Shown: positions 36,285 through 45,780 of the stretch, piece after piece
Numbering within the stretch: the first letter of the stretch is position 1
How the letters are laid out: each line of letters starts with the position of its first letter
Source of the DNA: an uncultured Chloroflexia bacterium
GTDB taxonomy: Bacteria > Chloroflexota > Limnocylindria > Limnocylindrales > CSP1-4
Direction: 5' to 3'
DNA length: 64,000 bases
NCBI GenBank assembly: GCA_963768655.1
Contig: CAVYIM010000004.1
Location: 576,001-640,000 of the forward strand
Made by a program: the position numbers and the translations under genes
The notes under the pieces: model-generated
What the model was told of the DNA's origin: nothing
The model's input: the letters and a program-made list of their open reading frames with translations, nothing else
Database searches by the model: none

Positions 36285-38711
36285 TCAGGCGACCCTGGAA
36301 TCAGACACCGCGACGACGGCCGCGACCTTCGCCTCGACTGAGGCGGTGCGTTCCAGCAGGGCTGCGATGTCCACGACCAGCCCGACCGAGCCGTCCGCCA
36401 TCACCGTCGCCCCGGCCAGGCCTTTGCGCTCGCCCGCGAGCCTGTTCAGGGACTTGAGCACGATCTCGTGCTGGCCGACGAAGGCGTCGACGGCGAGGGC
36501 CATCTCGGTGCCGCGCGACCGCACGACCACGAGGTTGACGAAGCCCCTCTCGTTCGTGACCAGGGGCCGAGACGGGTCGCCCAGGGCGTTGTCGAGCTGC
36601 TCCACCGGGATGACGCGGTCTCGCAGCGTGAGGACGTTGTGGCCCCGAACCCTGCCGAAGCTCCGCGGCTCCACGCGGAGCGTCTCGACCACGCCCGTCA
36701 GTGGCAGAGCGCACACGCGCGAGCCGGACTTGACGAGCAGGGCGCTGATGATCGCCAGCGTCAGCGGCAACGACAGCGAGACCTTCGTGCCGGCTCCGGC
36801 CGTGCTCGAGACGTCGACCCAGCCGCCCAGGCGCTCGATGTTGTTGCGGACGACATCCATGCCGACGCCCCGGCCGGAAACCTCGGTGACCACCTTTGCG
36901 GTCGAGAAGCCGGGCATGAAGATGACGCGCAGGATTTCGGCGTCGCCGGCCGCCTCGGCCGCCTCGCGAGTCATCAGCCCCTTTTCGACCGCCGCCCGGC
37001 GCAGCGCTTCCGGATCCATGCCCCGGCCATCGTCCTCGACCGTGATCAGGATCCGGCCATCGGCGTGACGCGCCGTGAGGCGGACCGTGCCCGGCAGCGG
37101 CTTGCCCGCGGCCAGGCGCTCGGCGGTCGACTCGACGCCGTGGTCGAGGGCGTTGCGGACGAGGTGGCCCAGCGGGTCGCCCACCTCCTCGAGCACGGAG
37201 CGGTCCAGCTCCGTCTCCTTGCCCTCGATGATGAGCTGGACGTCCTTGTCGAGCCTGGCGGCGATGTCGCGCACGACCCGCGGGAAGCGGTTGAAGACGG
37301 TCTCGATCGGCAGCATGCGCAGGCCGGTGACCTGATCCTGTAGCTGACCGGCGATGCGGGCGAATTGCTGGCTGTCCTCGTCGGCCTGGCGGGCCAGCGG
37401 GTCGTCGCCGAGACGAAGGGCCAGCTCCTGGGAGCTCCGCTGCAGCCTGGTCTTGTGGACGACCAGCTCGCCGACGAGGTTCATCAGCTCGTCCAGGCGA
37501 GTCACGTCGATTCGGATCGTCTGCTGGGCGGCCTTGAGGCGGTCCCCTGCGACGGCCATCCGCTCGCCGGGCGGCAGCCCGCGGGCCTCCGCGCCTAAGT
37601 CGGCCTGGCGGCGCTCCGCCGTGGGCGGGCCCGCCTCCTCGCGGTCGTCTTCACGCTCGGCACCCAGCGGAGCCGGAATCTCCCCTGGGCCGTAGACCTC
37701 GACGCTCGACGCCATGCCCGGGGCTTCGTCTTGGCCGGCCGTCAGCGGGGCCGCGACCATCTCCACGCTCACCACGTCGTCGATCGCAGCCATGCGGCCG
37801 CGCAGATCGGTCAGCTCGACCGGCCGGCCCCGGGCGAGGATAGTCAGCAGGGATGAGCCGAGGCCACTCTCGATCTCGTCGCGATCCGGCACGGAGTGGA
37901 TCAGGGCGCCTGCGTCGTCGACCTCGAGCACGAGCTGCAGCAGGCGCACGGCCTGCCACTCGCTGGTGGGGTCGATCCGGCAGACGAGGAGCGAGCGTGC
38001 CTCGAAGCCGCCGGGAGCGTCGCACAGGAGCCGCTGGATCAGCGGCGCGATGGCGACGTTCGTGACACCGCCTTCGGCCTGGCCGGGTGCGCTGGCGGGC
38101 GCCGCGCCTCCGTCGGCCCTCTCGTCGGGCGTGGCTGCAGGCGGGTCCCCCGAATCCGCTGCCGGAGCCGGAGGAGCCGTCCGTGGGGCCGGCGGCGGAC
38201 CCGTGGATGCTCGTGCCGGCTGAGGCGTTCGAGCCGTGGTCGCCGGCTGAGGCGTTCGAACCGCGGTCGCCGGCCCTGCCGACGATCTGGCCGACGATCT
38301 GGCCGCCGCTGCAGCCGTGGCCGTGGAGAGCAGCTCGCGGAGCTGCCTGGTCAGCGGTTCGGGTGCGTCGGTGAGGATCTCGCCCTCCTGGACCTCGGCT
38401 ACGAGGGAGCGGAGGACGTCGATCGTCGAGAGCAGGACGTCTGCAAACGGCTTGACCTCGTGGAGCGTCCCGCTTCGGAAGGCTCCGAAGAGGTCCTCCA
38501 TCGCGTGTGTCAGCTCGGCCATTCGGCGATGACCGATGGTCGCCGCGGAGCCCTTGAGAGTGTGTGCCGCCCGGAAGACCTCGTTGACCACGCCGCCGTC
38601 TATGCCGCGTTCGAGTGTCAGCAGGCCTTGCTCGATGCGTTCGATCTGCTCCAGCGACTCGTCCGTGAACAGACGGTCGTCGCCGGGCTGCAGATCGAAC
38701 GTGAGGGGCAT
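36285..38711 (-). CDS. cheA: Chemotaxis kinase CheA
   Basis: FRAAHTLKG (P1), LDELMNLVGEL, HLVRNALDHG, DDGRG, SGRGVGMDVV, C-terminal CheW domain. Confidence 0.97.
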   Translation of the reverse strand: MPLTFDLQPGDDRLFTDESLEQIERIEQGLLTLERGIDGGVVNEVFRAAHTLKGSAATIGHRRMAELTHAMEDLFGAFRSGTLHEVKPFADVLLSTIDVLRSLVAEVQEGEILTDAPEPLTRQLRELLSTATAAAAARSSARSSAGPATAVRTPQPATTARTPQPARASTGPPPAPRTAPPAPAADSGDPPAATPDERADGGAAPASAPGQAEGGVTNVAIAPLIQRLLCDAPGGFEARSLLVCRIDPTSEWQAVRLLQLVLEVDDAGALIHSVPDRDEIESGLGSSLLTILARGRPVELTDLRGRMAAIDDVVSVEMVAAPLTAGQDEAPGMASSVEVYGPGEIPAPLGAEREDDREEAGPPTAERRQADLGAEARGLPPGERMAVAGDRLKAAQQTIRIDVTRLDELMNLVGELVVHKTRLQRSSQELALRLGDDPLARQADEDSQQFARIAGQLQDQVTGLRMLPIETVFNRFPRVVRDIAARLDKDVQLIIEGKETELDRSVLEEVGDPLGHLVRNALDHGVESTAERLAAGKPLPGTVRLTARHADGRILITVEDDGRGMDPEALRRAAVEKGLMTREAAEAAGDAEILRVIFMPGFSTAKVVTEVSGRGVGMDVVRNNIERLGGWVDVSSTAGAGTKVSLSLPLTLAIISALLVKSGSRVCALPLTGVVETLRVEPRSFGRVRGHNVLTLRDRVIPVEQLDNALGDPSRPLVTNERGFVNLVVVRSRGTEMALAVDAFVGQHEIVLKSLNRLAGERKGLAGATVMADGSVGLVVDIAALLERTASVEAKVAAVVAVSDSRVA
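38215..38304 (-). repeat. In-frame tandem repeats (27 nt x2, 12 nt x2) in the CheA P1-P2 linker
   Basis: On the + strand: gccggctgaggcgttcga(g/a)ccg(t/c)ggtc twice and gacgatctggcc twice. Confidence 0.75.
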
Positions 38712-38712
38712 C

Positions 38713-39177
38713 TCACGCCGCCTCTCGCAGCGCCACGTGCAGCTTCACTTCTCCGAAGCCCGTGGTGAGCGGCACCACGAGGCGCTGGATCTCGACGGTC
38801 GAAAGACGGGCTCCCCTGCCAACCAGGACCAGCGGCGGGTTGATCAGCGTCTCGATGCCCTCTTCGGCCAGGCCGATGCCGGCCGTCCCGGCGATGACGT
38901 TCGCCATCTCCGCGATGCCGCTCTGGCCCAGCTCGTCGAGCTCGCTCGTCTCCTGGCCGAGGATGGCGCCGATCATCTTGAGCGCCGTCGGCTCGGCCAT
39001 CGAGAGGTACAGGGAGCCCGTCAGCGACCCGCTGATGCCGATCACGGCGGTCACGTCTTCGGTGGTGTAGGGGTTGCCTTCAAGCAGAAGGCCACCCCGC
39101 TTCGCCGCAATGCCGGTCTCCTTGCCGATGACATCGAGAGCCGCCTGAACGTAGCGGTTGACGATCTGAACTCTCAT
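38713..39177 (-). CDS. cheX: CheY-P phosphatase CheX
   Basis: VTAVIGISG, SGIAEMANVIAG (ExxN), INPP. Confidence 0.9.
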   Translation of the reverse strand: MRVQIVNRYVQAALDVIGKETGIAAKRGGLLLEGNPYTTEDVTAVIGISGSLTGSLYLSMAEPTALKMIGAILGQETSELDELGQSGIAEMANVIAGTAGIGLAEEGIETLINPPLVLVGRGARLSTVEIQRLVVPLTTGFGEVKLHVALREAA

Positions 39178-39180
39178 GGC

Positions 39181-39666
39181 TCAGGCCGCTCCCGCCAGGG
39201 CGCTCTGCTCCTCGCGCCCGAAGAGACCGTCGAGCTCCAGCAGGAGGACCAGGCGATCGCCGAGCTTGGCGATGCCGCGCAAGTACTCCGCGTCCGCCCC
39301 CGCCGCGACCTCCGGCGTCGGCTCCACGGCGTCGAGCGGCAGAAGGAGCACTTCCGAAACGCTGTCCACGATCAGGCCGACGCGGGTGGAGCTGCTCTCG
39401 GCGACGACGATTCGGGTCTCCTTGGTCGGGTCGGCCTCGGGCATGCCGAAGCGGCCACGCAGGTCAACCACGGGAATGATCCTGCCGCGCAGGTTGATGA
39501 CTCCCTTCACGAATTCGGGTGCTCTCGGCACCGGCGTGATCGGCTGGTGACGGATGATCTCGAACACTCGGGCGATGTCCAGGCCGTAGTGCTCGTCCGC
39601 GAGCTCGCAGACGACGATCTGCAGCTCCCCAGAGCGACTGCCGCCGGAGGTTGGCTTCTCGGCCAC
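39181..39666 (-). CDS. cheW: Coupling protein CheW
   Basis: ITPVPRAPEFVKGVINLRGRIIPVVDL, GLIVDSV. GTG after aaggaga. Confidence 0.96.
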   Translation of the reverse strand: MAEKPTSGGSRSGELQIVVCELADEHYGLDIARVFEIIRHQPITPVPRAPEFVKGVINLRGRIIPVVDLRGRFGMPEADPTKETRIVVAESSSTRVGLIVDSVSEVLLLPLDAVEPTPEVAAGADAEYLRGIAKLGDRLVLLLELDGLFGREEQSALAGAA

Positions 39667-39723
39667 GGCGCTATCTCCTTTTTGTGCCGCCGGACACGAT
39701 CCGGCTGCGAGCTCTTCGATTAG

Positions 39724-39750
39724 GTATCGGTCCCGGGTGGGCGATAGTGA
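39724..39750 (-). promoter_or_regulatory. Sigma28-like promoter of cheW-cheX-cheA
   Basis: TCAC-N15-ACCGATAC(CTA). Confidence 0.65.
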
Positions 39751-39776
39751 GTGGGTGGGACCCTCGATCGGCCGCC

Positions 39777-41030
39777 TCACGAGGCGAGGGCGGGTCGGTC
39801 CGGGTCGGAAGCGGGCCCGTGCCCGGAGCCCACGACGAGGTCCCGGTCTCGAGCCGAGTCGGACCGTCGGTCCGAGTTGCACCAGGCTTCGATGCTGTCG
39901 GCGATCTTGTGCAGCGGCAGAATCTGGTCCGACAGGCCGGCCTCCGCGACCGCGGCGGGCATGCCGTAAATCGTCGCCGTGGCGGCGTCCTGGGAGATGA
40001 CTGTGCCACCGTGCTGCTTCACGGCGCGCGCGCCCTCACGGGCGTCGCAGCCCATCCCCGTCAGGACGACGCACATCAGCCGCTCGCGCCAGATTGGGGC
40101 TACCGCCTGCAGCGTGACATCGGCGGCAGGGCGCACGCCGTTCACCGGCGGGAGGCTGACGAGCTGGACGTGACCGCTCGTGCCGCAGATCAGGTGGAAG
40201 TCGCCGGGCGCCACGAGGATCTCGCCCTCCGCCAGGACATCGTCGCCGGCGGCCTCCGAGCAGGGCAGCAGGCCGGCCGACTCGAGGCGGGCGGCGAGCG
40301 ACGAGGTGAAGCCGGGGGGCATGTGCTGGACGATCGCGACGGCCGCTCCCAGATCGGCGGGTAGCCCTTTCACCACGGCGTGCAGGGCGCTCGGACCGCC
40401 CGTCGAGGAGGCGATCACGACCAGCTTGTGGGCGGCGATCCTGGATCCGGCCCTGGCCCTCCTCTCGCGTGCGGGGGCTGCCATGGCGGGCAGCGATCGA
40501 AGCCCGGAGCCACCCTGCGTCTGCGCGTCGGCCACCGCCGATTGGGCCGCCGCGTTCAGGCGAGCCCGGTTGTTGATCACCGTCAGGTTCATTGCCGCCA
40601 CCTGACGGTGGCGCAGGAAGGCGGCTTCCGACATCCCGGCGGCGGCTCGGATCTTGGCGACCAGATCGTCTCCAACGCGGCCGATGTCGATCGAGAGCGA
40701 TCCGGACGGCTTGGACACGAAGTCGATCGCGCCATACTCGAGCGAGTCGAGCGTGGTCCGAGCATTCTCCGTCGTCAGGCTCGAAAGCATCACCACCCGT
40801 GTCGGCGTCTCGAGCATCAGGCGCTTGAGCATGCCCAGGCCGTCGAGAACGGGCATCTCCACGTCGAGCGTGATGACGTCCGGCCGCAGCTCGCCGGCGA
40901 GCCGGAGCCCTTCCTCGCCGTTGGAGGCGGCGCCGACGATCTCGATGTCGGGCGCCTCGACGAGCAGGCGGCCCAGAGAATGGCGCATGAACGCCGAGTC
41001 GTCGACGATCAGGACGCGAATCTGGCCCAT
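39777..41030 (-). CDS. cheB: Chemotaxis methylesterase CheB
   Basis: Receiver domain plus STGGP, VQHMP, LTGMG.D. Confidence 0.96.
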   Translation of the reverse strand: MGQIRVLIVDDSAFMRHSLGRLLVEAPDIEIVGAASNGEEGLRLAGELRPDVITLDVEMPVLDGLGMLKRLMLETPTRVVMLSSLTTENARTTLDSLEYGAIDFVSKPSGSLSIDIGRVGDDLVAKIRAAAGMSEAAFLRHRQVAAMNLTVINNRARLNAAAQSAVADAQTQGGSGLRSLPAMAAPARERRARAGSRIAAHKLVVIASSTGGPSALHAVVKGLPADLGAAVAIVQHMPPGFTSSLAARLESAGLLPCSEAAGDDVLAEGEILVAPGDFHLICGTSGHVQLVSLPPVNGVRPAADVTLQAVAPIWRERLMCVVLTGMGCDAREGARAVKQHGGTVISQDAATATIYGMPAAVAEAGLSDQILPLHKIADSIEAWCNSDRRSDSARDRDLVVGSGHGPASDPDRPALAS

Positions 41031-41115
41031 CGAGAGCTCCCGATTTCCACTGGGCGGCAGACCCGAGAAGGCGCCGCGCCGGAGCTGCGCGGAACCTCCG
41101 GGAAAGACGGCGCCG

Positions 41116-41475
41116 CTAGGCGGCCAGAAGCTTGTTCACGGCCGCGAGGACGCGGTCGGGCGCGAACGGCTTGACTACGAAGTCCCGCGCGCCGCGCTTG
41201 ATCGCGTCCATGACGATCGCCTGCTGGCCCATGGCCGTCAGCATTGCGATCCTGGCGTGGGGATCTTTCGAACGTATCTCGGCCAGCGCCTCGAGGCCGT
41301 CCATCTCGGGCATGGTGATGTCCATGAGAACGCAGTCGGGTCGTTCGCGGAGGTAGACCTCGACCGCGAGCCGGCCGTTCTCCGCCTCGAGCACCTGGTG
41401 GCCCGCCTCCACGAGCAGCTTCGCCGCCCGCAGACGCATGAACGCCGCGTCGTCGACGACGAGGATCTTTGCCAT
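41116..41475 (-). CDS. cheY: Chemotaxis response regulator CheY
   Basis: MAKILVVDDAAFMR, MDITMPEMDG, AMGQQ, VVKPF. Confidence 0.95.
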   Translation of the reverse strand: MAKILVVDDAAFMRLRAAKLLVEAGHQVLEAENGRLAVEVYLRERPDCVLMDITMPEMDGLEALAEIRSKDPHARIAMLTAMGQQAIVMDAIKRGARDFVVKPFAPDRVLAAVNKLLAA

Positions 41476-41497
41476 CGCGGTGCTCCTACTACTCGTG

Positions 41498-41983
41498 CTA
41501 CAGCTCAGTGACCGAGGACAGACTCTTGATGAGAAATCGGCCGTCGGCGACCTCAAGTTGAACCGTCCGACCGACATTTCCTCCGAGCGCGGTGGCGGTC
41601 AGACTCAGGCCCCAGCTGCTGAGGCCCGCCTGCACCGCCTCGGCGTTGCGCTTGCCGATGGCCAGGCCGCCGCCCACAGTGAGCATCGCCGCCGCCCCCG
41701 CCGCCTTGAGCATGCTGCGATTCAGGACCGCGCCCCTGGCCTCGAGCGCATGCAGGAACGTGTCCAGGCCGGGGTCGATGAACTTGACCGGGCTTCGGTT
41801 GTTGGCCGGTCCGCTCGGCAGCATGAAGTGGGCCAGTCCGCCGACCTTCACTCGCGGATCCCAGACGGCCAGGGCGATGCACGAACCGAGGCCGTAGGCG
41901 ACCAGATGGGTGTCGGGGCTCGAGCTCAGGACCATCTCCCCGATGCCGGCCACGAGGAGGCTCGGGCTTTCGGTCAGGGTCAT
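41498..41983 (-). CDS. cheD: Chemoreceptor deamidase CheD
   Basis: GLGSC, AHFMLP, IGKRN, GGNVGRTV. Confidence 0.93.
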   Translation of the reverse strand: MTLTESPSLLVAGIGEMVLSSSPDTHLVAYGLGSCIALAVWDPRVKVGGLAHFMLPSGPANNRSPVKFIDPGLDTFLHALEARGAVLNRSMLKAAGAAAMLTVGGGLAIGKRNAEAVQAGLSSWGLSLTATALGGNVGRTVQLEVADGRFLIKSLSSVTEL

Positions 41984-42624
41984 ATACCGATGGCCCCGAG
42001 AGCATCCAGGAGAACGCGGAGACTCTCGGAGCGCGGCAGGACGAACAGGGTTCCGTCGATGGCCCGGCCACCTTCGCTGAACGTCGTCCTGGCGGCGAGA
42101 ACCTGGTCGGCATCGCTCACGAGGTCGAGCAGCACCGCATCGAGCACGGCCCCCGCCATCTCGATCACGATCTGGGGCGGAGTGGGTTGGACGGGCTCGT
42201 GCAGGTGCATCCCGAGCTCGTTCAGGAAAGCCGAGATCGTCACGTTGCCGGCCTCCTGCAAGGCCGACAGCTCGAGCTCGTCGTAGCTCAGCGGATCCGT
42301 GGTCGACTCCATCGGCAACTCGCCGGGTCCCAGCAGGCCGGCCAGCAGGATCTGGGCCAGGCGGTGGGCGTCGGACGGGGAAAAGAGCAGCAGCGCGTGG
42401 CCCCGCAACGACCCGAAGATTCCGACGTACACGGCCAGGACGATCGACTCCGGGCCGCCGGCCATGACCAGGACGTCCGCCGCGCTGCAACGCTGCAGCA
42501 CCGGCGTCTGGACCTCGATGACCTGGCCGCTCATGGAGCCGAGGGCCTCGCCGGCGCGCTTCATGGCGCGGCCGAAGGTGCCCGCGACTACGTTCTGACC
42601 GGCCTCCGACAGAGTGAGCGTCAT
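41980..42624 (-). CDS. cheC: CheY-P phosphatase CheC
   Basis: SALQEAGNV second active site, PTPP, EMAGAVL. Coupled to cheD. Confidence 0.9.
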   Translation of the reverse strand: MTLTLSEAGQNVVAGTFGRAMKRAGEALGSMSGQVIEVQTPVLQRCSAADVLVMAGGPESIVLAVYVGIFGSLRGHALLLFSPSDAHRLAQILLAGLLGPGELPMESTTDPLSYDELELSALQEAGNVTISAFLNELGMHLHEPVQPTPPQIVIEMAGAVLDAVLLDLVSDADQVLAARTTFSEGGRAIDGTLFVLPRSESLRVLLDALGAIGI

Positions 42625-42719
42625 GTGTTCCGATTCCTTGGCCCGGTTTGCGGGTACCACCACCGTCGATCTCGGCGCCGCTCGCCGCGGCGGGCAGGAC
42701 CGCTGGCGGTCCTGTCGGG

Positions 42720-42747
42720 GAATCGGTCGCGACAGCGTCCGACTTGA
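42720..42747 (-). promoter_or_regulatory. Sigma28-like promoter of cheC-cheD-cheY-cheB
   Basis: TCAA-N16-ACCGATTC, followed by an inverted repeat at 42695-42714. Confidence 0.65.
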
Positions 42748-42898
42748 ACGCGGGGCCGGCGCCTGCGTGCCCCGCGAACGGCCGAGACCACCGGTTCTCG
42801 GGCATGGGATTCGCCCCGCCCTCGGTAACGCGCAAGGTCTGCGCTGGGCAGAGCGATACGAGAGGGTCGGGGCTGGAAGGCGGCTGAGTCGCGCCGGC

Positions 42899-43201
42899 CT
42901 AGAGCCGGTATCGGCCCATCGTTTCCATCATCTGAGAGACCGACCGCGGCGGGATCACGCGCAACACTTGACCATTGCCGTCAACCACCGTCACCTGGAG
43001 CTGCTTGCTCTTGGGATCGATCTGGAAGACGGCGTACGCCTCGGTCAGCCCATCCGGACCCTTGAAAGACACGTCGGGACCGGCCTGCTTGGCGAAGCGG
43101 TCACGCTGCGGGGCCACCTGAGTGGGGGCCAGCTGCGATACCACCGCCGGTGCGGTGCCGGTGGCGACGAGTGCCGTTGGGAGCAGATCGTTGGTTGCCA
43201 T
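42899..43201 (-). CDS. flaG: FlaG-family protein
   Basis: FQIDPKSKQLQVTVVDGNGQVLRVIPP. Confidence 0.8.
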   Translation of the reverse strand: MATNDLLPTALVATGTAPAVVSQLAPTQVAPQRDRFAKQAGPDVSFKGPDGLTEAYAVFQIDPKSKQLQVTVVDGNGQVLRVIPPRSVSQMMETMGRYRL

Positions 43202-43214
43202 CTGAGTAACGTAG

Positions 43215-43241
43215 GAATCGGGCGCGGCCACCCGGACTTGA
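43215..43241 (-). promoter_or_regulatory. Sigma28-like promoter of flaG
   Basis: TCAA-N15-CCCGATTC(CTA). Confidence 0.6.
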
Positions 43242-43319
43242 CCGTTTAGGGGCGATCCCTAGCACCCAGGGGCGTTATTCCGTTGACTTGCGCCAACACG
43301 TGGATCCGCGCCGTCACGC

Positions 43320-43991
43320 TCAGGTAGGGTTTTCCAGTAGGCCCAGCTTGAGGGCCATGATGGCCGCCTGGGTCCGATCGGCCGCGCGCAGCTTCCAGAT
43401 GATGTTCTGGACGTGCTTCTTGACCGTATCCTCGGTGATCGAGAGCTTGCCTCCGATCTCCTTGTTCGTCAGCCCTTCGGCGACGAGGAGCAGCACGTCG
43501 TGCTCGCGGGGAGTGAGGGCGTATTGCTCGGCTCGCTGGCGGGCGGTATCCCCGGCAGGGGGTGTCTCCTCACGGGTGGCGAGAGCTTCTCGCAGGAGCT
43601 GCGGCTCCACCGCCAGCTGACCGTTGGAGACGTTGTGCAGAGTCTGGATCACCTCGGCCGTGGTCGCGTCCTTCAGGAGGTAGCCGGCCGCCCCGCGACG
43701 GATCGCCTCCAGGACGTAGCGGCGATCGTCGTACAGGGTAACGATCACGACGGCGATGCGAGGATGGCGCGCCTTGAGCCGCTCCAGGCAGGCCAGGCCG
43801 TCGATGCCCGGCATGCGAATGTCCAGCAGGACCATGTTGGGCTCGAGCTCCTCGGCGAGCTTCAAGCCGGTCTCGCATGAATCGCCCTCACCGACGACGT
43901 CGATCCAGTCGGCCGCGGAAAGCATCGCACGGAGGCCGCGGCGAGCCATCTCGTGGTCGTCGATGAGCAGTACGCGTGCGCGCTCGTTCAC
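43320..43991 (-). CDS. NarL/DegU-family response regulator
   Basis: Receiver (LLDIRMP) plus LuxR HTH (LTPRE, GLTNKEIG, TVKKHV, DRTQAA). Confidence 0.95.
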   Translation of the reverse strand: MNERARVLLIDDHEMARRGLRAMLSAADWIDVVGEGDSCETGLKLAEELEPNMVLLDIRMPGIDGLACLERLKARHPRIAVVIVTLYDDRRYVLEAIRRGAAGYLLKDATTAEVIQTLHNVSNGQLAVEPQLLREALATREETPPAGDTARQRAEQYALTPREHDVLLLVAEGLTNKEIGGKLSITEDTVKKHVQNIIWKLRAADRTQAAIMALKLGLLENPT

Positions 43992-45442
43992 GGCTTACCA
44001 TCTCCGTTCCGTCCTGTTGGGGCAGGGTCGCCGCCCGCTGCAGCGTAGCCTGCCCGAGTCCCGGTGTGTCGAGCTATTGGAATCGAGATCCGGACTAGCG
44101 TACCCGAGCCGATGACGCTCCGGACGTACGCCGCGCCACCGAGCCAGCGCGACTGCCTGGTGATGCCCAACAGCCCCAGGCCTCCGCCGGCGCGGCGGCG
44201 CTCCGCCGCGGCCGGGTCGAAGCCATTGCCGTCGTCCTGGATCGTCAGGACCGCCCGGTCTTTCGCCGCCCGCAGCTCGACCCGGACGGTCGTCGCATGG
44301 GAGTGGCGGACGGCGTTGGTCAGGGCCTCGGTCGTCATGCCGTACAGCGCCTGCTCCACCCAGTCGTCGAGCCGGGGCAGCTCGCCCTCCAGCGACATGT
44401 CGATCCCCGACTCGGCCGTGAGCGCCTTCATCCGGCTGCGGATGGCGTGGGCGAGCCCGAGTTCCTCCAGGCCGGGCGGCATCAGGTCGGCCAGCACCGC
44501 CCTGACCTCCTGGATCGCCGTCACCAGCCGGTCGGAGGCCGACTCCAGGTACTCGTCCACCGACTCGCCGGGGTGGCTCTGAGCGTAGGCCCGCGCCGCG
44601 TCCAGGAACCGAAAGGCGCTGACCATCGATTGGGCGGCCGTGTCGTGGATCTGGTGAGCGATCCTGGCTCGTTCGAGGTCGCTCGCCTGCAGTGTCTGCC
44701 GGGCGAGCCGGTCGAGCCGGCGCTGATTCCGCTCGAGCTCGCGGCGCTGGCGCTGGGAGTCGCGGTACAGCTCGTAGAACTCCTCGCTCGTTGCGACCAT
44801 CTGTGCCAGCGCGGCGGTGGCGGTCCGGCGCCGGTCTGAGCCACGGGTGCGCTGCTGGATCTGCCACTCGAAGAGTCGGCCGGGATCGCGCAACGCTCGG
44901 GCCGCGGCCAGGGCCGCCCGGCCGTTCGGGGGCGGCGCCTGCCGGGCGGCCCGGCGGAGGGCGCCGGGCGACACACGGGTCCGATCGGAGACCGCGGCCG
45001 CGTCGTGCGGGCTGGGCGGCCCGACACGCAGGACCGCGGCCGTGGTCCGCGAGCCGCGGGGCGCCGGGAAGCCGAGCAGCCGCCCGCCCGCTCGGCATGC
45101 CCCGTGAGCGGCCCGGCCGGTGGCGAGGACCCGCGCTGCCAGGTCCTCGGGGCAGCGCCGGCAGAACTGCAGGCCAACGTCCGTCGAGCAGATCGTGGCG
45201 CAGAAGGGTTCGCCGTCCTCCCAGCCGGATACGAGGGCCACTTCCGCGGAGGCCGCTGCCGCAAACGGTCGGGAACGCTCGGCGGAGGGGGAATCGAAGG
45301 CGGTGATCGCGGATGGCGACCAGGGTCCGACGGTCGGGTCCGGGCGCAGGTCGGTCACGATGTCGTCCCATCGATTCGCGTCGTCGACCCGGGCCCAGAG
45401 CTCGGCTCCGGCCAGGTGGCGCGCCACGCTCCGCTCTTCCAT
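43988..45442 (-). CDS. Soluble HisKA_3 sensor kinase with a Cys-rich PocR-like input domain
   Basis: ERARIAHQIHD H-box, EALTNAVRHS, DDGNGFD, GLGL. N-terminal FC..C...C motifs. No TM segment. Confidence 0.9.
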   Translation of the reverse strand: MEERSVARHLAGAELWARVDDANRWDDIVTDLRPDPTVGPWSPSAITAFDSPSAERSRPFAAAASAEVALVSGWEDGEPFCATICSTDVGLQFCRRCPEDLAARVLATGRAAHGACRAGGRLLGFPAPRGSRTTAAVLRVGPPSPHDAAAVSDRTRVSPGALRRAARQAPPPNGRAALAAARALRDPGRLFEWQIQQRTRGSDRRRTATAALAQMVATSEEFYELYRDSQRQRRELERNQRRLDRLARQTLQASDLERARIAHQIHDTAAQSMVSAFRFLDAARAYAQSHPGESVDEYLESASDRLVTAIQEVRAVLADLMPPGLEELGLAHAIRSRMKALTAESGIDMSLEGELPRLDDWVEQALYGMTTEALTNAVRHSHATTVRVELRAAKDRAVLTIQDDGNGFDPAAAERRRAGGGLGLLGITRQSRWLGGAAYVRSVIGSGTLVRISIPIARHTGTRAGYAAAGGDPAPTGRNGDGKP

Positions 45443-45780
45443 CGTGACGTCAGTGTATGGCGGCGGCAGCCCCAACGGGCATGGTGGGCGCAGCGGCGTA
45501 GGCAGCGGCGGTCGAGCCGGGCCAGGGCACCGTCGAGCCAGTCCGACCGGGGCCGGGCAACTGCACGAGGGCGACCGGGCAAGGTGAGGGGCCCGATCGG
45601 AGGGTCCAATCGGGGGAGTCCGCCCAGCGGCCGGGCGGCATTACCAATGGTCGGAGGGTCCCAGGGCGGACCCTGATACCGGCCGCCCCCCGGCCAGCCG
45701 AAGATGCGGGCGGTTCCGACGAAGGTCCAGCTGGGCAGATGCCCGGGTTGGGTCAGCCGAGAAGCCGAGGAAGCAGCCTC

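Noticed and set aside
45680-45780. c-di-GMP riboswitch before flgC
   Set aside because: I could not find the GEMM-I (GGCAAAC..GAAA..GACGCAAAG) or class II consensus. An Infernal search would settle it.
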